A stretch of DNA of 64,000 nt from an uncultured delta proteobacterium (GTDB taxonomy: Bacteria > Myxococcota_A > Polyangia > Polyangiales > Polyangiaceae): positions 576,001 to 640,000 of the forward strand of contig CAWDXG010000004.1 of assembly GCA_963806225.1 (NCBI GenBank), read 5' to 3'. The notes beneath the pieces were generated by a model, which was given only the letters and a program-made list of their open reading frames with translations, was not told the origin of the DNA and did not search any database. Made by a program: the position numbers and the translations under genes. Below are positions 40,285 through 50,322 of this stretch, in pieces (position 1 is the stretch's first letter; the number at the start of each line of letters is the position of its first letter).

Positions 40285-40406
40285 AGCGAAAGCCGCCATC
40301 CACGGCCATTACAGTCCGCACGGAATCAGTTCCGACTGGACGGACTGGTGCCGGGAACCCAAGTTAGTGTTGTCTGCAGACGTTCAACCTGCAGGCAGGC
40401 AGGCAC

Positions 40407-41534
40407 TTGGCACGCGACTCGCTCTTCGACGAACGCATCATCTGGTCGGGCTACCCCAACGAGGTCGTCACGCCGCCGGTGCTGCGTGCCGCGGCGGCGC
40501 TCGCGTTCGTGGCTTCGGCCGTTTCCACGTTGTTCGCGCTCGTGCTTTCGCTGGCTCTGTCCGCATCGCCGGACGCGTCGCTGCTGTTCGCGGCCTGGAC
40601 CGCCACGCTCGGGGTTGCGTGCCTGCACGGCCCGAAGCTCTGGCTCGCGAAGGTGCGCTACGTCGTGACGGAGCACCACGTCATCTACCAGCGCGGTCCG
40701 TTCCGTCGCAGCATCGAGCGGCGTTCCATCAGCTTCGCACGCATCTTCTGGAGCCATCACACGCCCGGCGCAGGCGACCTCGAGCTGGTCAGGGCTGTGC
40801 CGACGGGCGCGCTGCGCCGCCGGCTGATGCTGCGCCTGTACGGCGTGACGGCGCCCGATCGCGTGTGGGCGATCATCCGCGGCGAGGAGAGCGTCGCACC
40901 CACCGGACACGGCGAGCGTCCGCTGACACAGCGGCTCGACAGCGGAGAGCGCGTAGTCTGGGCTGCGCGTCCCCGTCCCACGCTGCGTGCCTATGTGCCG
41001 CGAGCGCGGCGCGGGTGGATGCAGCTGGTGCTGGCGGCATTCCTCGCAGCTGCGTTCGTGCGCATGATGTGGCTCGGCGTGCCTAGCGTGAAGCGCGTGC
41101 TGGGCGCGGGGCTGCCCGCCGGGTCGGTCGCGTTCATCGCACTGGTCGCCGGACTGGGCCTGAGTGCGTTGATGGTGCTCGCGATCGCGGTGTACCTCGC
41201 CTACCACGTCGTCATCCGCCCGGGGCGGCTGGTGAACCAGACGCGGTATCTCATCACGAACAAGCGCGTGCTGATCCAGCGCGGCGACGAGGAACTGCAC
41301 CTCGACCGGAGCCGCATCGTCAACGTCATCGATACGCCGACTGGACAGGGCTTGAGCGATGTGTTCCTGGTTCTCGACGGGCCGCGCGCCCGGGCGCTCG
41401 CCGCGAGCGGCGCGTTCGGCGAAGGGGAAATCGGTCCGGGGCTGCGGCCGGTATTCCAGTCGGTCGAGGACGGCGAGAGCGTGGGGCGCATCCTGCGCGC
41501 ACCCAGCGAGCCGGAGCTGCCGCGCGCGGCGTAG
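40407..41534 (+). CDS. Membrane protein with two bacterial PH-domain repeats
   Basis: Two repeats of ER(I/V)(I/V)W...P, two TM helices and RY(V/L)(V/I)T..(H/R)V. Confidence 0.75.
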   Translation: MARDSLFDERIIWSGYPNEVVTPPVLRAAAALAFVASAVSTLFALVLSLALSASPDASLLFAAWTATLGVACLHGPKLWLAKVRYVVTEHHVIYQRGPFRRSIERRSISFARIFWSHHTPGAGDLELVRAVPTGALRRRLMLRLYGVTAPDRVWAIIRGEESVAPTGHGERPLTQRLDSGERVVWAARPRPTLRAYVPRARRGWMQLVLAAFLAAAFVRMMWLGVPSVKRVLGAGLPAGSVAFIALVAGLGLSALMVLAIAVYLAYHVVIRPGRLVNQTRYLITNKRVLIQRGDEELHLDRSRIVNVIDTPTGQGLSDVFLVLDGPRARALAASGAFGEGEIGPGLRPVFQSVEDGESVGRILRAPSEPELPRAA

Positions 41535-41547
41535 CCGCGCACTAGCG

Positions 41548-42552
41548 CTAGTGGGCGGCGCGTTTGCGGCTGCCCTTCGCCTCGACGGTGGCCTTGGCGA
41601 GCTGGCGCCGACACGAGTCGAGCAGCAGCTTCGCGTGCTCCACCCACGGCTGGTGGTCGGGCTCGGCCTGGGCCAGGTAGCGTTTCCAATAGCTGATCGC
41701 GCGCTCCAGCCGTTCCACCTTTTTCGCCGGGGCGCGCGCGTCGCGGGCATACGCCATCCACGCCAGCGCCTCGTAGTAGAAGAGGTCATACGACGGAACG
41801 AAGAAGACCCCGTTTGAATCGAGCGCGCTGCCGGGCATGCCAAACTTCGTCTGCACCTGGATCGCGTTCGCCTTGTGCATCGCATCCAGTGCCGACGGCA
41901 GGTCGCCGCTGCGCTCGAGCGTGATGCCGAGCCCGTAGTAGGCCAGCGCCCTGAGAGCCGGGCGCTGGGCTATCTGGAGGCCGCGACGGTAGTCGGAAAG
42001 CGCGCCCTGGAGATGCCCGAGCACCATTCGCGACTCGCCGCGGTTCATGAAGATATTGGCGCGCAGCTCCGGTTGCCAGGCCCGCTCGAGCGCGTGGTTG
42101 TAGGCATCGATCTCGAGCTTCGGCTTGTGGAGCTTGGCCTCCGCAATCGCCAGGTCGAACCAACCCTGTGCAGCGAGTGGATGCTCCGGGGCTTCGCGGA
42201 GCGCGCGCTGCAGCAGGCGTGCGGCCTCCCCGTATCGACCGATCGCCGGGTCGACCAGCAGATCACCGAGCAAGTACCTCAGCCGGACATCGGGCAGTTC
42301 GCTGCCGCCCGCCAGCTCGAGCATAGCCAGCGCCGAGCGTGTGAAATCCGCCTGCATGTCGGGGGCGAACTGGGCTTCCTGCGCTCTGAGGAGCATCCGC
42401 TCCACGCCGTGCAGAACGTGCTCCGCCCTCGCCAGGTGCGGGTCGCGGGCCTGGTCCCAGATCGACAGCTGCGCCACCGCAGGCCGCGAGACCAGCAGCG
42501 CCGCGGCCACGACGACCGACACCCAGCCTACCCGCTGTCCACCCGACGACAT
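41548..42552 (-). CDS. Secreted TPR protein
   Basis: Signal peptide; TPR-like helices (NRGE..M.LG....AL.DY, AYYGLG..LE..G). Confidence 0.8.
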   Translation of the reverse strand: MSSGGQRVGWVSVVVAAALLVSRPAVAQLSIWDQARDPHLARAEHVLHGVERMLLRAQEAQFAPDMQADFTRSALAMLELAGGSELPDVRLRYLLGDLLVDPAIGRYGEAARLLQRALREAPEHPLAAQGWFDLAIAEAKLHKPKLEIDAYNHALERAWQPELRANIFMNRGESRMVLGHLQGALSDYRRGLQIAQRPALRALAYYGLGITLERSGDLPSALDAMHKANAIQVQTKFGMPGSALDSNGVFFVPSYDLFYYEALAWMAYARDARAPAKKVERLERAISYWKRYLAQAEPDHQPWVEHAKLLLDSCRRQLAKATVEAKGSRKRAAH

Positions 42553-42555
42553 GAC

Positions 42556-43566
42556 TCAGTGCCGTCGCCTGCGTGCGGCGCCCAGCCCCGCCAGGTGCTG
42601 CTTGGCGTGAGCGGCCCACGGGCCCTTGCCCGCCGCAGACGCCAGGAACGCGCGCCATTGCTCCCGCGCCAGCGCCGGGTCTTCGCGCTCGGCGAGGATC
42701 GCCACCATCGCGGAGAGCTCGCCGGGAGGCAGCACCGGGCCGCTAGATGGCAGCGCCTTTTTGCGAGCGCTCGGCGCCGCGCGTCCGTCGCCTCCGGGCT
42801 TCGTCTTGTCGTTCTCGTCGAGGCGGCTCATCAGGCGCCAGGGTCCGCCCGCTTCGGCGGCGACGCCGCGCGCCTCCTCGCCGCGACCCTGCCGGTCCAG
42901 CGCGAGCGCCAGCGCGGCCGACACGTAGTCGCCGAACCCGGGCGGGCTGCGACGACGGCGCGCCTCCGTCAGATAGCCGATAGCCTCGTCGAGACTCTTC
43001 GGGCCCTGCGCCATCACCAGCTCCGCCGCTTCCACGTAGGCGCGCTGTCGCTCTGCAGCGTCCAGCAGGCTGGCGCGCGGCACCAGCGCCCGGTAGGCGC
43101 GCAGCGACTCCGCAGTGTGCCCGGAGCGCAGCGCTGAAACCGCAAGAGCGTGCAGAGCTCCCGGCGCGCGCAGCGCGCGGCGGGACAGCTTCAGCGCCTG
43201 CTGGAAGCTCCGGAAGGCGTCCGCTGGCTTGTCCTCGGCGAGCAACGCCCTGCCCTCCAGCACACGGGGCGCCGCATGACCGGGCGCCGCGCGCTCGGCA
43301 GCGCGCGCCGCCTCGAGCGCACCCGCCGCGGAATGCCCGAGCCGCGCGTAGCCACGCGCGAGATCGTTGCAGTACTGGAGCAGGCCGGGAGCGTGCGCGC
43401 GATCCCACAGCGAGCGCTCTTGGCCGGGGCCCGGAGGCGCGCACTCCGGCGGCCGCGGGCTGGCAGCAGCGGCAGCCCGCAGGCTGGCGCGGGCGCGCGG
43501 AGCCAGCGACAGCGGCCCGGAAGCGAGCTGCGCAAAGACGACGGTCGCAACAAACGCCGGCAGCAT
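42556..43566 (-). CDS. Secreted TPR-like protein
   Basis: Hydrophobic N-terminus and Ala-rich TPR-like repeats; 3 bp from the next gene. Confidence 0.7.
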   Translation of the reverse strand: MLPAFVATVVFAQLASGPLSLAPRARASLRAAAAASPRPPECAPPGPGQERSLWDRAHAPGLLQYCNDLARGYARLGHSAAGALEAARAAERAAPGHAAPRVLEGRALLAEDKPADAFRSFQQALKLSRRALRAPGALHALAVSALRSGHTAESLRAYRALVPRASLLDAAERQRAYVEAAELVMAQGPKSLDEAIGYLTEARRRRSPPGFGDYVSAALALALDRQGRGEEARGVAAEAGGPWRLMSRLDENDKTKPGGDGRAAPSARKKALPSSGPVLPPGELSAMVAILAEREDPALAREQWRAFLASAAGKGPWAAHAKQHLAGLGAARRRRH

Positions 43567-43616
43567 GGCCTGGAAAGCCTACTCCAGGCGCGAGGTGACG
43601 CCAGCCCGGATCGCCC

Positions 43617-44930
43617 TCAAGGCGCGGCCGCGCGCCCGAAGAAAGGGTTGTGCAGCATGATGGTCTCGCGCCGGCGCGGGCCCACGCTCACCAGATACAC
43701 GGGCACCCCGGCACCTTCCTCCAGATAGCGGACGTAGGCGCGCGCCGCCTTGGGAAGCTCGTCCAGCGTGCGGGCCGCTTCCAGGGGCTCCGTCCAGCCC
43801 TGGAGCTCCTCGTACACCGGGCGGCACGCCTGCGGATCGTCGAGCAGATCGATCGGCAGATCCTCCACGCGACCGTTCGGCGTGTCGTAGGCGACGCACA
43901 CCTTGATGCGCTCGAGCCCGGTCAGCACGTCGAGCTTGGTCAGCGCCAGGCCGTCCAGCCCGTTGACCCGCGCCGCATAGCGCAGCCCAGGCAGATCCAG
44001 CCAACCAGTGCGGCGCGGGCGGCCCGTCACGGAGCCGAACTCCGCGCCCGCTTCGCGCAGATGCCGACCATCGGCGTCGTCGAGCTCCGTGGGGAATGGC
44101 CCGCCGCCCACGCGCGTGGTGTACGCCTTGGTGATGCCGATCACGGTATCGATGCGGTTCGGTCCGATGCCGGCGCCAATCGCTGCGCCACCCGACACGG
44201 CCGAGCTGGAAGTCACGAACGGATACGTGCCGTGGTCGACATCAAGCAAGGTGCCCTGTGCGCCCTCGAACATCACACGCGCTCCATCGCGGATGGCCCG
44301 CTCGACCAGCATGGATGTGTTGTCGAGCATCGGCACGATGCGCCGCGCGGGCTCTTCGAGCGGCTCGACGACTTCCTTCACGCTTGGCAGCTTGCCGCCG
44401 AGCGCGGCGGCAACGGGTGCCCACGCCTCCAGCGAGCTCTCCACCCTGGCGGCAAGGCGATCCAGGTCGCGGAGCTCGCCGGCGCGCACGCCGGTGCGCC
44501 GCACCTTGTCCTCGTACGCGGGGCCGATGCCCTTCTTGGTCGTGCCGATCGCCTTGTCGGCGCGCGCACTTTCCTCTCTGAGGCCATCGATGAGGATGTG
44601 GTACGGCAGGATCAGATGCGCGCGGTCGCTGATCGACAGGCGCGCCTCCAGCCCCTTGTAGCCGCGACGGCCGAGCTCGTCGATCTCGCCGATCAAGACG
44701 CCCGGGTCGATCACCATGCCCTGGCCGAGCACGCAGCGGGTGCCGTCCCTGAGAATCCCACTCGGCAGCAGCCGGACGATCACCTTCTCGTCGCCGACGA
44801 CCAGCGTATGGCCGGCGTTCGGGCCTCCGGCATAGCGCACGACCATGTCGGCGACTTCCATGTAGATGTCGACGATCTTGCCCTTGCCTTCGTCGCCCCA
44901 CTGGGCGCCCACGATCACGACAGCCGACAT
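43617..44930 (-). CDS. purA: Adenylosuccinate synthetase
   Basis: GAQWGDEGKGK, GGPNAGHT, EGAQG..LD.DHGTYPFVTSS and TGRPRRTGW motifs. Confidence 0.98.
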   Translation of the reverse strand: MSAVVIVGAQWGDEGKGKIVDIYMEVADMVVRYAGGPNAGHTLVVGDEKVIVRLLPSGILRDGTRCVLGQGMVIDPGVLIGEIDELGRRGYKGLEARLSISDRAHLILPYHILIDGLREESARADKAIGTTKKGIGPAYEDKVRRTGVRAGELRDLDRLAARVESSLEAWAPVAAALGGKLPSVKEVVEPLEEPARRIVPMLDNTSMLVERAIRDGARVMFEGAQGTLLDVDHGTYPFVTSSSAVSGGAAIGAGIGPNRIDTVIGITKAYTTRVGGGPFPTELDDADGRHLREAGAEFGSVTGRPRRTGWLDLPGLRYAARVNGLDGLALTKLDVLTGLERIKVCVAYDTPNGRVEDLPIDLLDDPQACRPVYEELQGWTEPLEAARTLDELPKAARAYVRYLEEGAGVPVYLVSVGPRRRETIMLHNPFFGRAAAP

Positions 44931-44967
44931 GCCACCACCACTACCCTTTCCCGGCTTCCGCCAGGGC

Positions 44968-46320
44968 TCAGCGCGCCGGGCTTCTGCCGGACTCCTCCAC
45001 CAGACGTTCCACCACCACCCGGGCCAGCTCGCCGGGGCTTTGCCCGCTCAACGACTCCTGCCCTCCGGCGGCCAGCCGATGCAGCGCAGCGCCGGTGCCG
45101 GACAGCTCCACCAGATGCGAATAGTGCCACGCGCGGCCGTGGGCCGCCGCATCGCCGGTCGGCGCGGCCGCGCAGCGGATCGAACGCGCGCGCAGCAGAG
45201 AGCAGAGCTCGTGCGCCTGCCCCGCGCCAGCGCCGGCCGCCGCAGCGACCAGCACGCGCAGCTCCGGAGCCTCGATCTGCCCGGCGCTCGACAGGGCCCA
45301 CGCCAGGTTGTCGAGATCCACGGCAAAGCCCGCTGCTGGCTGCGGCACGCCGAAGCGCGCGAGCAGGCCGTCGTAACGCCCCCCCGACCCGACGGGCTGG
45401 CCCGGTCCCGCAGCGAGCAGCTGGAACATGATCCCGGTGTAGTACGCGAAGTTCCAGGTTTCCCCCAGGTCCACCACAACCCGGGGCGCGACTCCGGAGT
45501 CGACCACCGCTTCGTGTGCCCGGCGCAGCTCCAACGCCGGGCCAGCGGCCGGCGTCCCGGCGAGGAGCCGCTCCGCACGGGGCCAGATGTCCACGCTGCC
45601 GTGCAGCATGGGCAACTCGGCCAGCGCGGCCACCTCGCTGGAGGTCAGCCCGGCCTGCTGGGCGCGCCGCGACAACTCGGCGCCGTCCTTCAGCCCCAAC
45701 GCCTCCACCAGCCCGGCGCGGTGCTGTTCGGGCACGCTGTCGAGCAGTGCTCCGGCGATCCGCGCGTGGCCGAGATCGATCACGAAATCCTCGAGCCCGG
45801 CGCGGCGCACGGCGGCGGCCGCCGCCTCGATAACCTCGAGATCGCCCGCCGGCCCTTCGCTGCCGACCAGCTCGATACCCGCCTGCGGGATCTGCCGGCT
45901 CAATCGCGCTCGCTCGCGCCGGCGCCGGAGCACCGAGCCCTCGTAGCAGAGGCGCGCTGGCCAGGGCGCGTCCGCCAGCCGGGCTGCGATCAAGCGCGCC
46001 ACCTGCGGGGTCATGTCGGGGCGCAGCGCGACCACGCGGCCCGTCTCGGGCTCGACGAAGCGCAGCACGTCGCCGGGATCCAGCGAGCCCAGCCCCTTCT
46101 CCAGCACCTCGGCGTATTCGAACGCCGGCACCGACACGCGCTGGTATCCGAACAGCTCGAAGCTCTGGAGAACCCGCCGCCCGAGCTCCGCCTGGCGGCG
46201 CGCCTCGCCGGGCAGGAGATCGCGCATTCCGCCCGGCAGCGGATGGTTCAGCGCCTGCGTCCGCTCGGCGGAGACGCTCGGGCCAGGCTGTTTCCGGTCG
46301 CTGGGTCGGGGAGTGGGCAA
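44968..46320 (-). CDS. hisZ: ATP phosphoribosyltransferase regulatory subunit
   Basis: LPGGMRDLLP, LRPDMTPQVAR, QAGIEL, YYTG and GGRYD motifs; lies upstream of purA. Start approximate. Confidence 0.9.
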   Translation of the reverse strand: MPTPRPSDRKQPGPSVSAERTQALNHPLPGGMRDLLPGEARRQAELGRRVLQSFELFGYQRVSVPAFEYAEVLEKGLGSLDPGDVLRFVEPETGRVVALRPDMTPQVARLIAARLADAPWPARLCYEGSVLRRRRERARLSRQIPQAGIELVGSEGPAGDLEVIEAAAAAVRRAGLEDFVIDLGHARIAGALLDSVPEQHRAGLVEALGLKDGAELSRRAQQAGLTSSEVAALAELPMLHGSVDIWPRAERLLAGTPAAGPALELRRAHEAVVDSGVAPRVVVDLGETWNFAYYTGIMFQLLAAGPGQPVGSGGRYDGLLARFGVPQPAAGFAVDLDNLAWALSSAGQIEAPELRVLVAAAAGAGAGQAHELCSLLRARSIRCAAAPTGDAAAHGRAWHYSHLVELSGTGAALHRLAAGGQESLSGQSPGELARVVVERLVEESGRSPAR

Positions 46321-46445
46321 GTCGGCCGAGCTTATCAGCCTGGATCGAGCACGCAATTCCGAAAGGCGTTGCAGAACGCCGCCTTGTCCCACCCCGGAGA
46401 TTGCCGGCGGCGCCTGGCGGGACTTGCGGTATGTGTGGAGACGGC

Positions 46446-47198
46446 ATGGCTACCGGACAGCAAGAAAAGCCGACAATCAACGTGAACGAGCGGGGCGCGG
46501 AGCGCGACGGCAAGCCGCAGGTGATGAACCGCCGGCTCTTCATGCAGCTCCTGGTCTTCGACTGCACGGGCGAGCTCGGCGCGCCGGAGTCCGAGCGCGC
46601 GCTCGTGAGCTCGCTCGAGCGACGCGGCATCGCGGCGGTCGTCTACCACGACGTGAACAACCCCCGCGGGCTCGCACTCCTGACGTGGAGCGAGGACCCG
46701 GCGCACTTTGTCACGCACGTGCGCCCCATGTTCGCCGAGCAGGATCTCCAGGGACTCGAGCTCAAGCCGGACCTGACGATGCTCGGGCGGAGCTACAGCA
46801 GCGGCTTCGAGCCCGACCTCGAGTTCTGGCTGCTCGAACGCCCCCGGACCACCGCGCTCGACGAGAGTTGTCCCTGGGCGGTGTGGTATCCGCTGCGCCG
46901 CAGCGGCGCCTTCGAGCAGCTCGAGCCCCGCGAGAAGGGCGGCATCCTGCGCGAGCACGCCGTGATCGGCAGGGCCTACGGCGAAGCCGGACTCGCGCAC
47001 GACATCCGGCTTGCCTGCCACGGCCTGGATGCGAACGACAGCGAGTTCGTCATCGGACTGGTCGGCAAGGATCTGCATCCGCTGTCGCACGTCGTGCAGA
47101 CGATGCGCGGCACGCGACAGACCTCGACGTACATCAGCCAGATGGGCCCGTTCTTCGTCGGGCGCGTGGCCTGGCGCAGCGCCGGCAGCTCAGGCTGA
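46446..47198 (+). CDS. Chlorite dismutase / coproheme decarboxylase (ChdC/HemQ) family protein
   Basis: WYPLRRS, EHAVIG (proximal His), GLD..D.EFVIG and MR...TS.Y...GPFFVG motifs. Confidence 0.85.
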   Translation: MATGQQEKPTINVNERGAERDGKPQVMNRRLFMQLLVFDCTGELGAPESERALVSSLERRGIAAVVYHDVNNPRGLALLTWSEDPAHFVTHVRPMFAEQDLQGLELKPDLTMLGRSYSSGFEPDLEFWLLERPRTTALDESCPWAVWYPLRRSGAFEQLEPREKGGILREHAVIGRAYGEAGLAHDIRLACHGLDANDSEFVIGLVGKDLHPLSHVVQTMRGTRQTSTYISQMGPFFVGRVAWRSAGSSG

Positions 47199-47204
47199 GC
47201 GCTC

Positions 47205-47876
47205 GTGGTCGCCGCCGCTGTCCGCGCCGTCGTCTTCGATCTCGACGGCACTCTGATCGACTCGCGCCTGGACATCACGGCGGCAACGAACCACATGCTG
47301 CGTGCAGGAGGTCGCGACGAGCTCGCCGTGGACGAGGTCTGCCGGCACGTCGGCGACGGCGCGCGCTACCTGGTCGCGGGAGTCGTGGGGCTCGAGGAGA
47401 ACGACCCGGCACTCGACGCTTGGCTTTCGACCTTCCTCGACTACTACACGGCGCATGCGACCGATCAAAGCACCTTGCTGCCGGACGCACTCCGCGTGCT
47501 CGACGAGCTCTCCTTTCTGCCGCTGGCCCTGTGCACGAACAAACCGCGCGCCACGACCGACGCGACGCTCCGCGGTCTGTCGCTCGGCGGACACTTCTCG
47601 GCGGTCGTCGCGGGGGACGACCTGCCGGTGAAGAAGCCCGACCCCGGTCCCTTGCTCCACATCGCCCGCGCTCTCGGTCTACCCGCGAACGAGCTGGTGA
47701 TGGTGGGCGACGGACCCCAGGACATCCAGTGTGGCCAGGCCGTGGGGGCGCGCACGGTGGGAGTCGAGGGCGGCATCCTGCCGCGCGACGAGCTGGTCCG
47801 GTCCGAACCGGACGCGCTGATCCAGCTCGGCGAGCTGCCGCAGTTGATCGCGCGCTGGCGCAGCGCCGGCGGCTAG
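47205..47876 (+). CDS. gph: HAD-family hydrolase (phosphoglycolate phosphatase-like)
   Basis: FDLDGTLIDS, TNKP, KKPDP and MVGDG..DI motifs. Confidence 0.85.
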   Translation: MVAAAVRAVVFDLDGTLIDSRLDITAATNHMLRAGGRDELAVDEVCRHVGDGARYLVAGVVGLEENDPALDAWLSTFLDYYTAHATDQSTLLPDALRVLDELSFLPLALCTNKPRATTDATLRGLSLGGHFSAVVAGDDLPVKKPDPGPLLHIARALGLPANELVMVGDGPQDIQCGQAVGARTVGVEGGILPRDELVRSEPDALIQLGELPQLIARWRSAGG

Positions 47877-48616
47877 CCGACCAGCAGGTGGTAGGCCTGG
47901 CTGAGCTCGGCAAAGCGGCGCATCAATGCCTCGCGCTGACGCCCGCTCGCCGCCGGAAACCGATCCGGATGGTGCTCGCGCGCCAGCGAGCGGAATGCGC
48001 GCTGGACATCGCCCGGGCCCGATCCTGGCGGAAGACCCAGCACGCCGAACGCGCGCGCCCGCACCGGATCCTGACGGTGCGGTTGTTCGCGCCGAGTCGG
48101 CGGCCGGCTCGGCGGCGCGTGCGCCGGCTGGCGATCGCGGGTGCGCTCTCGGCCGTGCAGGAACTCGTGGGGGCTGAGCGGAAGCGCAGCGTCGGCGGAT
48201 TTCGGCCGTGCGACGTGGAAGCGCACCGACGCATCGTCTATCGCGAAAAGCGCGTCCAGACGCCGGCGCAGCTGGAAGCGGAGGGCCGCGTCCACAAGAC
48301 CGGGCGATGCCTCGCAGTCCTCCACCAGAAGCTCGCCGAGCCTGCGCCCGGGCGCTCTGTCGAGCCGGCGCACGAGACGCCGCAACGTCGCGTCGCTGAT
48401 GAATCCCTCGCTTCTCAGGATCTCGCCAAGACGGGGAGCCGTGAGCCGACTGTCGACGGCGCCCACCAGCCCGGCGTCGAGGTGCACGCGGTGGACGCGA
48501 CCCGCGGCGACTCCGCTCTGCTCCACCAGCTCCAACGTCCCGGTCGCCCGTTCACGGTAGAGCGAGCCGAGCAGGTCCCCCAGCGTCGTCGCACGTAGCC
48601 GACCCGGAAGCCTCAT
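47873..48616 (-). CDS. DUF4388-like domain plus MshEN-like motifs plus J-domain protein
   Basis: L.G.L....L.DLL..L......TG.L N-terminus; RLGEIL and RLGELL repeats; HHPD J-domain ending AYHLL. Confidence 0.8.
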   Translation of the reverse strand: MRLPGRLRATTLGDLLGSLYRERATGTLELVEQSGVAAGRVHRVHLDAGLVGAVDSRLTAPRLGEILRSEGFISDATLRRLVRRLDRAPGRRLGELLVEDCEASPGLVDAALRFQLRRRLDALFAIDDASVRFHVARPKSADAALPLSPHEFLHGRERTRDRQPAHAPPSRPPTRREQPHRQDPVRARAFGVLGLPPGSGPGDVQRAFRSLAREHHPDRFPAASGRQREALMRRFAELSQAYHLLVG

Positions 48617-48673
48617 CCTCCGGGCCGTAGCAGCCGCCGCGCCAGGCGGACAACTTTTCGCCCGCGGAGTCCG

Positions 48674-49111
48674 TCAGCGTTCGCGGATAGGGCCGACGTG
48701 GACGTCCGTCCGCAGCGTCCGCGTGTCCGGCAGACACAGTTCCGGGCCTTCCGGCGACCTGGTGCACACCACGGCCCGCGCGCGCACCTCCAGCCTGCCG
48801 TGGCCGCTGGCCGTCGCCACGAGCGCGATGGGAAGCCGGATGCGCGTGTCCTGTCGGGCCCCCGCCTGTCGCGGCCCGACCCGGGATCGTAGCGGGCGCA
48901 CGAAGCCGGGGGCGGCGGTGACCAGCGCGTCGGCCCAGGGCAGGCGCCCTCGGCTGACCTCGAGTTCCACCTCGCAGAGCACGCGTCCCGGCGAAGCCTG
49001 GGGCCGACAGGACAGATTCGCTCGCAAGCTCTGCGCGCTGTCCTCTGCGCGTGCGGGAACCGCACACAGGGATGCGCCCGCAAGCGCGATCAGCAGGAGA
49101 CGACGACCCAC
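48674..49111 (-). CDS. Secreted hypothetical protein with four Cys in the mature part
   Basis: Signal peptide ending ARA; beta-rich with Cys pairs. Confidence 0.6.
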   Translation of the reverse strand: MGRRLLLIALAGASLCAVPARAEDSAQSLRANLSCRPQASPGRVLCEVELEVSRGRLPWADALVTAAPGFVRPLRSRVGPRQAGARQDTRIRLPIALVATASGHGRLEVRARAVVCTRSPEGPELCLPDTRTLRTDVHVGPIRER

Positions 49112-49160
49112 GCCCGCATGCTAGCGGTCCGACGCCGCGTTCCGAAGCGTTTTCGAACGC

Positions 49161-50264
49161 TCACGACTGGTACAGGACTGGCTCGTGCTCGCGATACATC
49201 CCGTGCCACCTGAGCAGCGACGTTTGCGGCTTGCCGTCGGCGTCGTACTCGATGAGCGCGTAGGTGAGCCCGTTTTCCTGTCCCAGATGCTGCACGTCCA
49301 GGTTGATCATGCGCACCCAGCTGCCGGTGTTGATGTAGACCTTGCCGTTCTCGATCGCCCGCACCTTCGGCGCGTGGGAATGCCCGATGATGAGCGTGTG
49401 CACGCCGTGGAGCCGGCGCAGCGTCTTGATCGCGGCGCTGTCGAAGTCACCGATCGCGAAGATCTCCTCCTTCAGGACCAGCGGCAGCGCCTTCAGCTTC
49501 TCCACCACGCTGCGCACGCTCTTCATGCGCTTGCGCAGGAAATGAACGATGGTCCTCAGGCAGAACCCGATCGTGAAACGGAAGTCGAACAGCAGCGAGC
49601 CCATCAGGAACCGCCGGAAGGGCACGACCTGATCGATGTGCGGACGGCGGCGCTTGGCGGGATACAGGACCTCCATGCACCACAGGCTTCCCCACGGGAG
49701 CGCCAGCACGGGTTTCCCGCGCTCGCCCTCGGCCAGCACATGATCGTAGTCGAAGCGGTGGATGTTCTCGAACTGATGTCCATGCCGGATCTGGATACCT
49801 TCGGGCAACGAGTAGACACCCGTGGCCGTGATGAAGCGGACGCGGCTACCCAGCGCATCGGGCGCGACGTAGCGCAGGAACACGTCCTGCACCGACGGGA
49901 TCAAGAGCTCCGGATCGTGGTTGCCCGGAATATAGGTGATACGCTTGCCCGGCCGCTCGATGAAGGCCTTGAGGGCTGCCACTACACGCGGATGCCCCTC
50001 GAGGCAGCGGCGGATCTTGTCGGCTGCCAGCTCTTCGGTCACGTCAACCGGCCAGTGTCCCTCGACCTCGACTTTCATCAAGTCGAAGATGTCGCCGTTG
50101 AGGATCAGCTCGACTTCGTGTTCGGCGTAGCGCCCCGTCGAGTAGTATTCGACGAGTTCCACCAGGCGGTCGTCGTGGTGGAAGTCCTCGAACGGATTGA
50201 ACGCGCCCCGGCGCCTTCCCGTGCCGAGGTGCGTATCGCTGAGGATGACCCGGATGAGCTTCAT
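49161..50264 (-). CDS. Calcineurin-like metallophosphoesterase
   Basis: SDTH, NGDIFD, GNHD, HGH and GHSH motifs. Confidence 0.9.
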   Translation of the reverse strand: MKLIRVILSDTHLGTGRRRGAFNPFEDFHHDDRLVELVEYYSTGRYAEHEVELILNGDIFDLMKVEVEGHWPVDVTEELAADKIRRCLEGHPRVVAALKAFIERPGKRITYIPGNHDPELLIPSVQDVFLRYVAPDALGSRVRFITATGVYSLPEGIQIRHGHQFENIHRFDYDHVLAEGERGKPVLALPWGSLWCMEVLYPAKRRRPHIDQVVPFRRFLMGSLLFDFRFTIGFCLRTIVHFLRKRMKSVRSVVEKLKALPLVLKEEIFAIGDFDSAAIKTLRRLHGVHTLIIGHSHAPKVRAIENGKVYINTGSWVRMINLDVQHLGQENGLTYALIEYDADGKPQTSLLRWHGMYREHEPVLYQS

Positions 50265-50322
50265 CTATGCCGGCTGCGATCCAGCGTACCCGATCGCGAG
50301 GGTGGGCGGCAGGTTCCAGCGC

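Noticed and set aside
46013..48598. 861-aa plus-strand ORF and similar long ORFs (4958-7117, 50197-52101, 43650-45431, 1355-2953)
   Set aside because: Arg/Ala/Pro-rich shadow or antisense frames overlapping well-supported genes; expected in DNA of this GC content.
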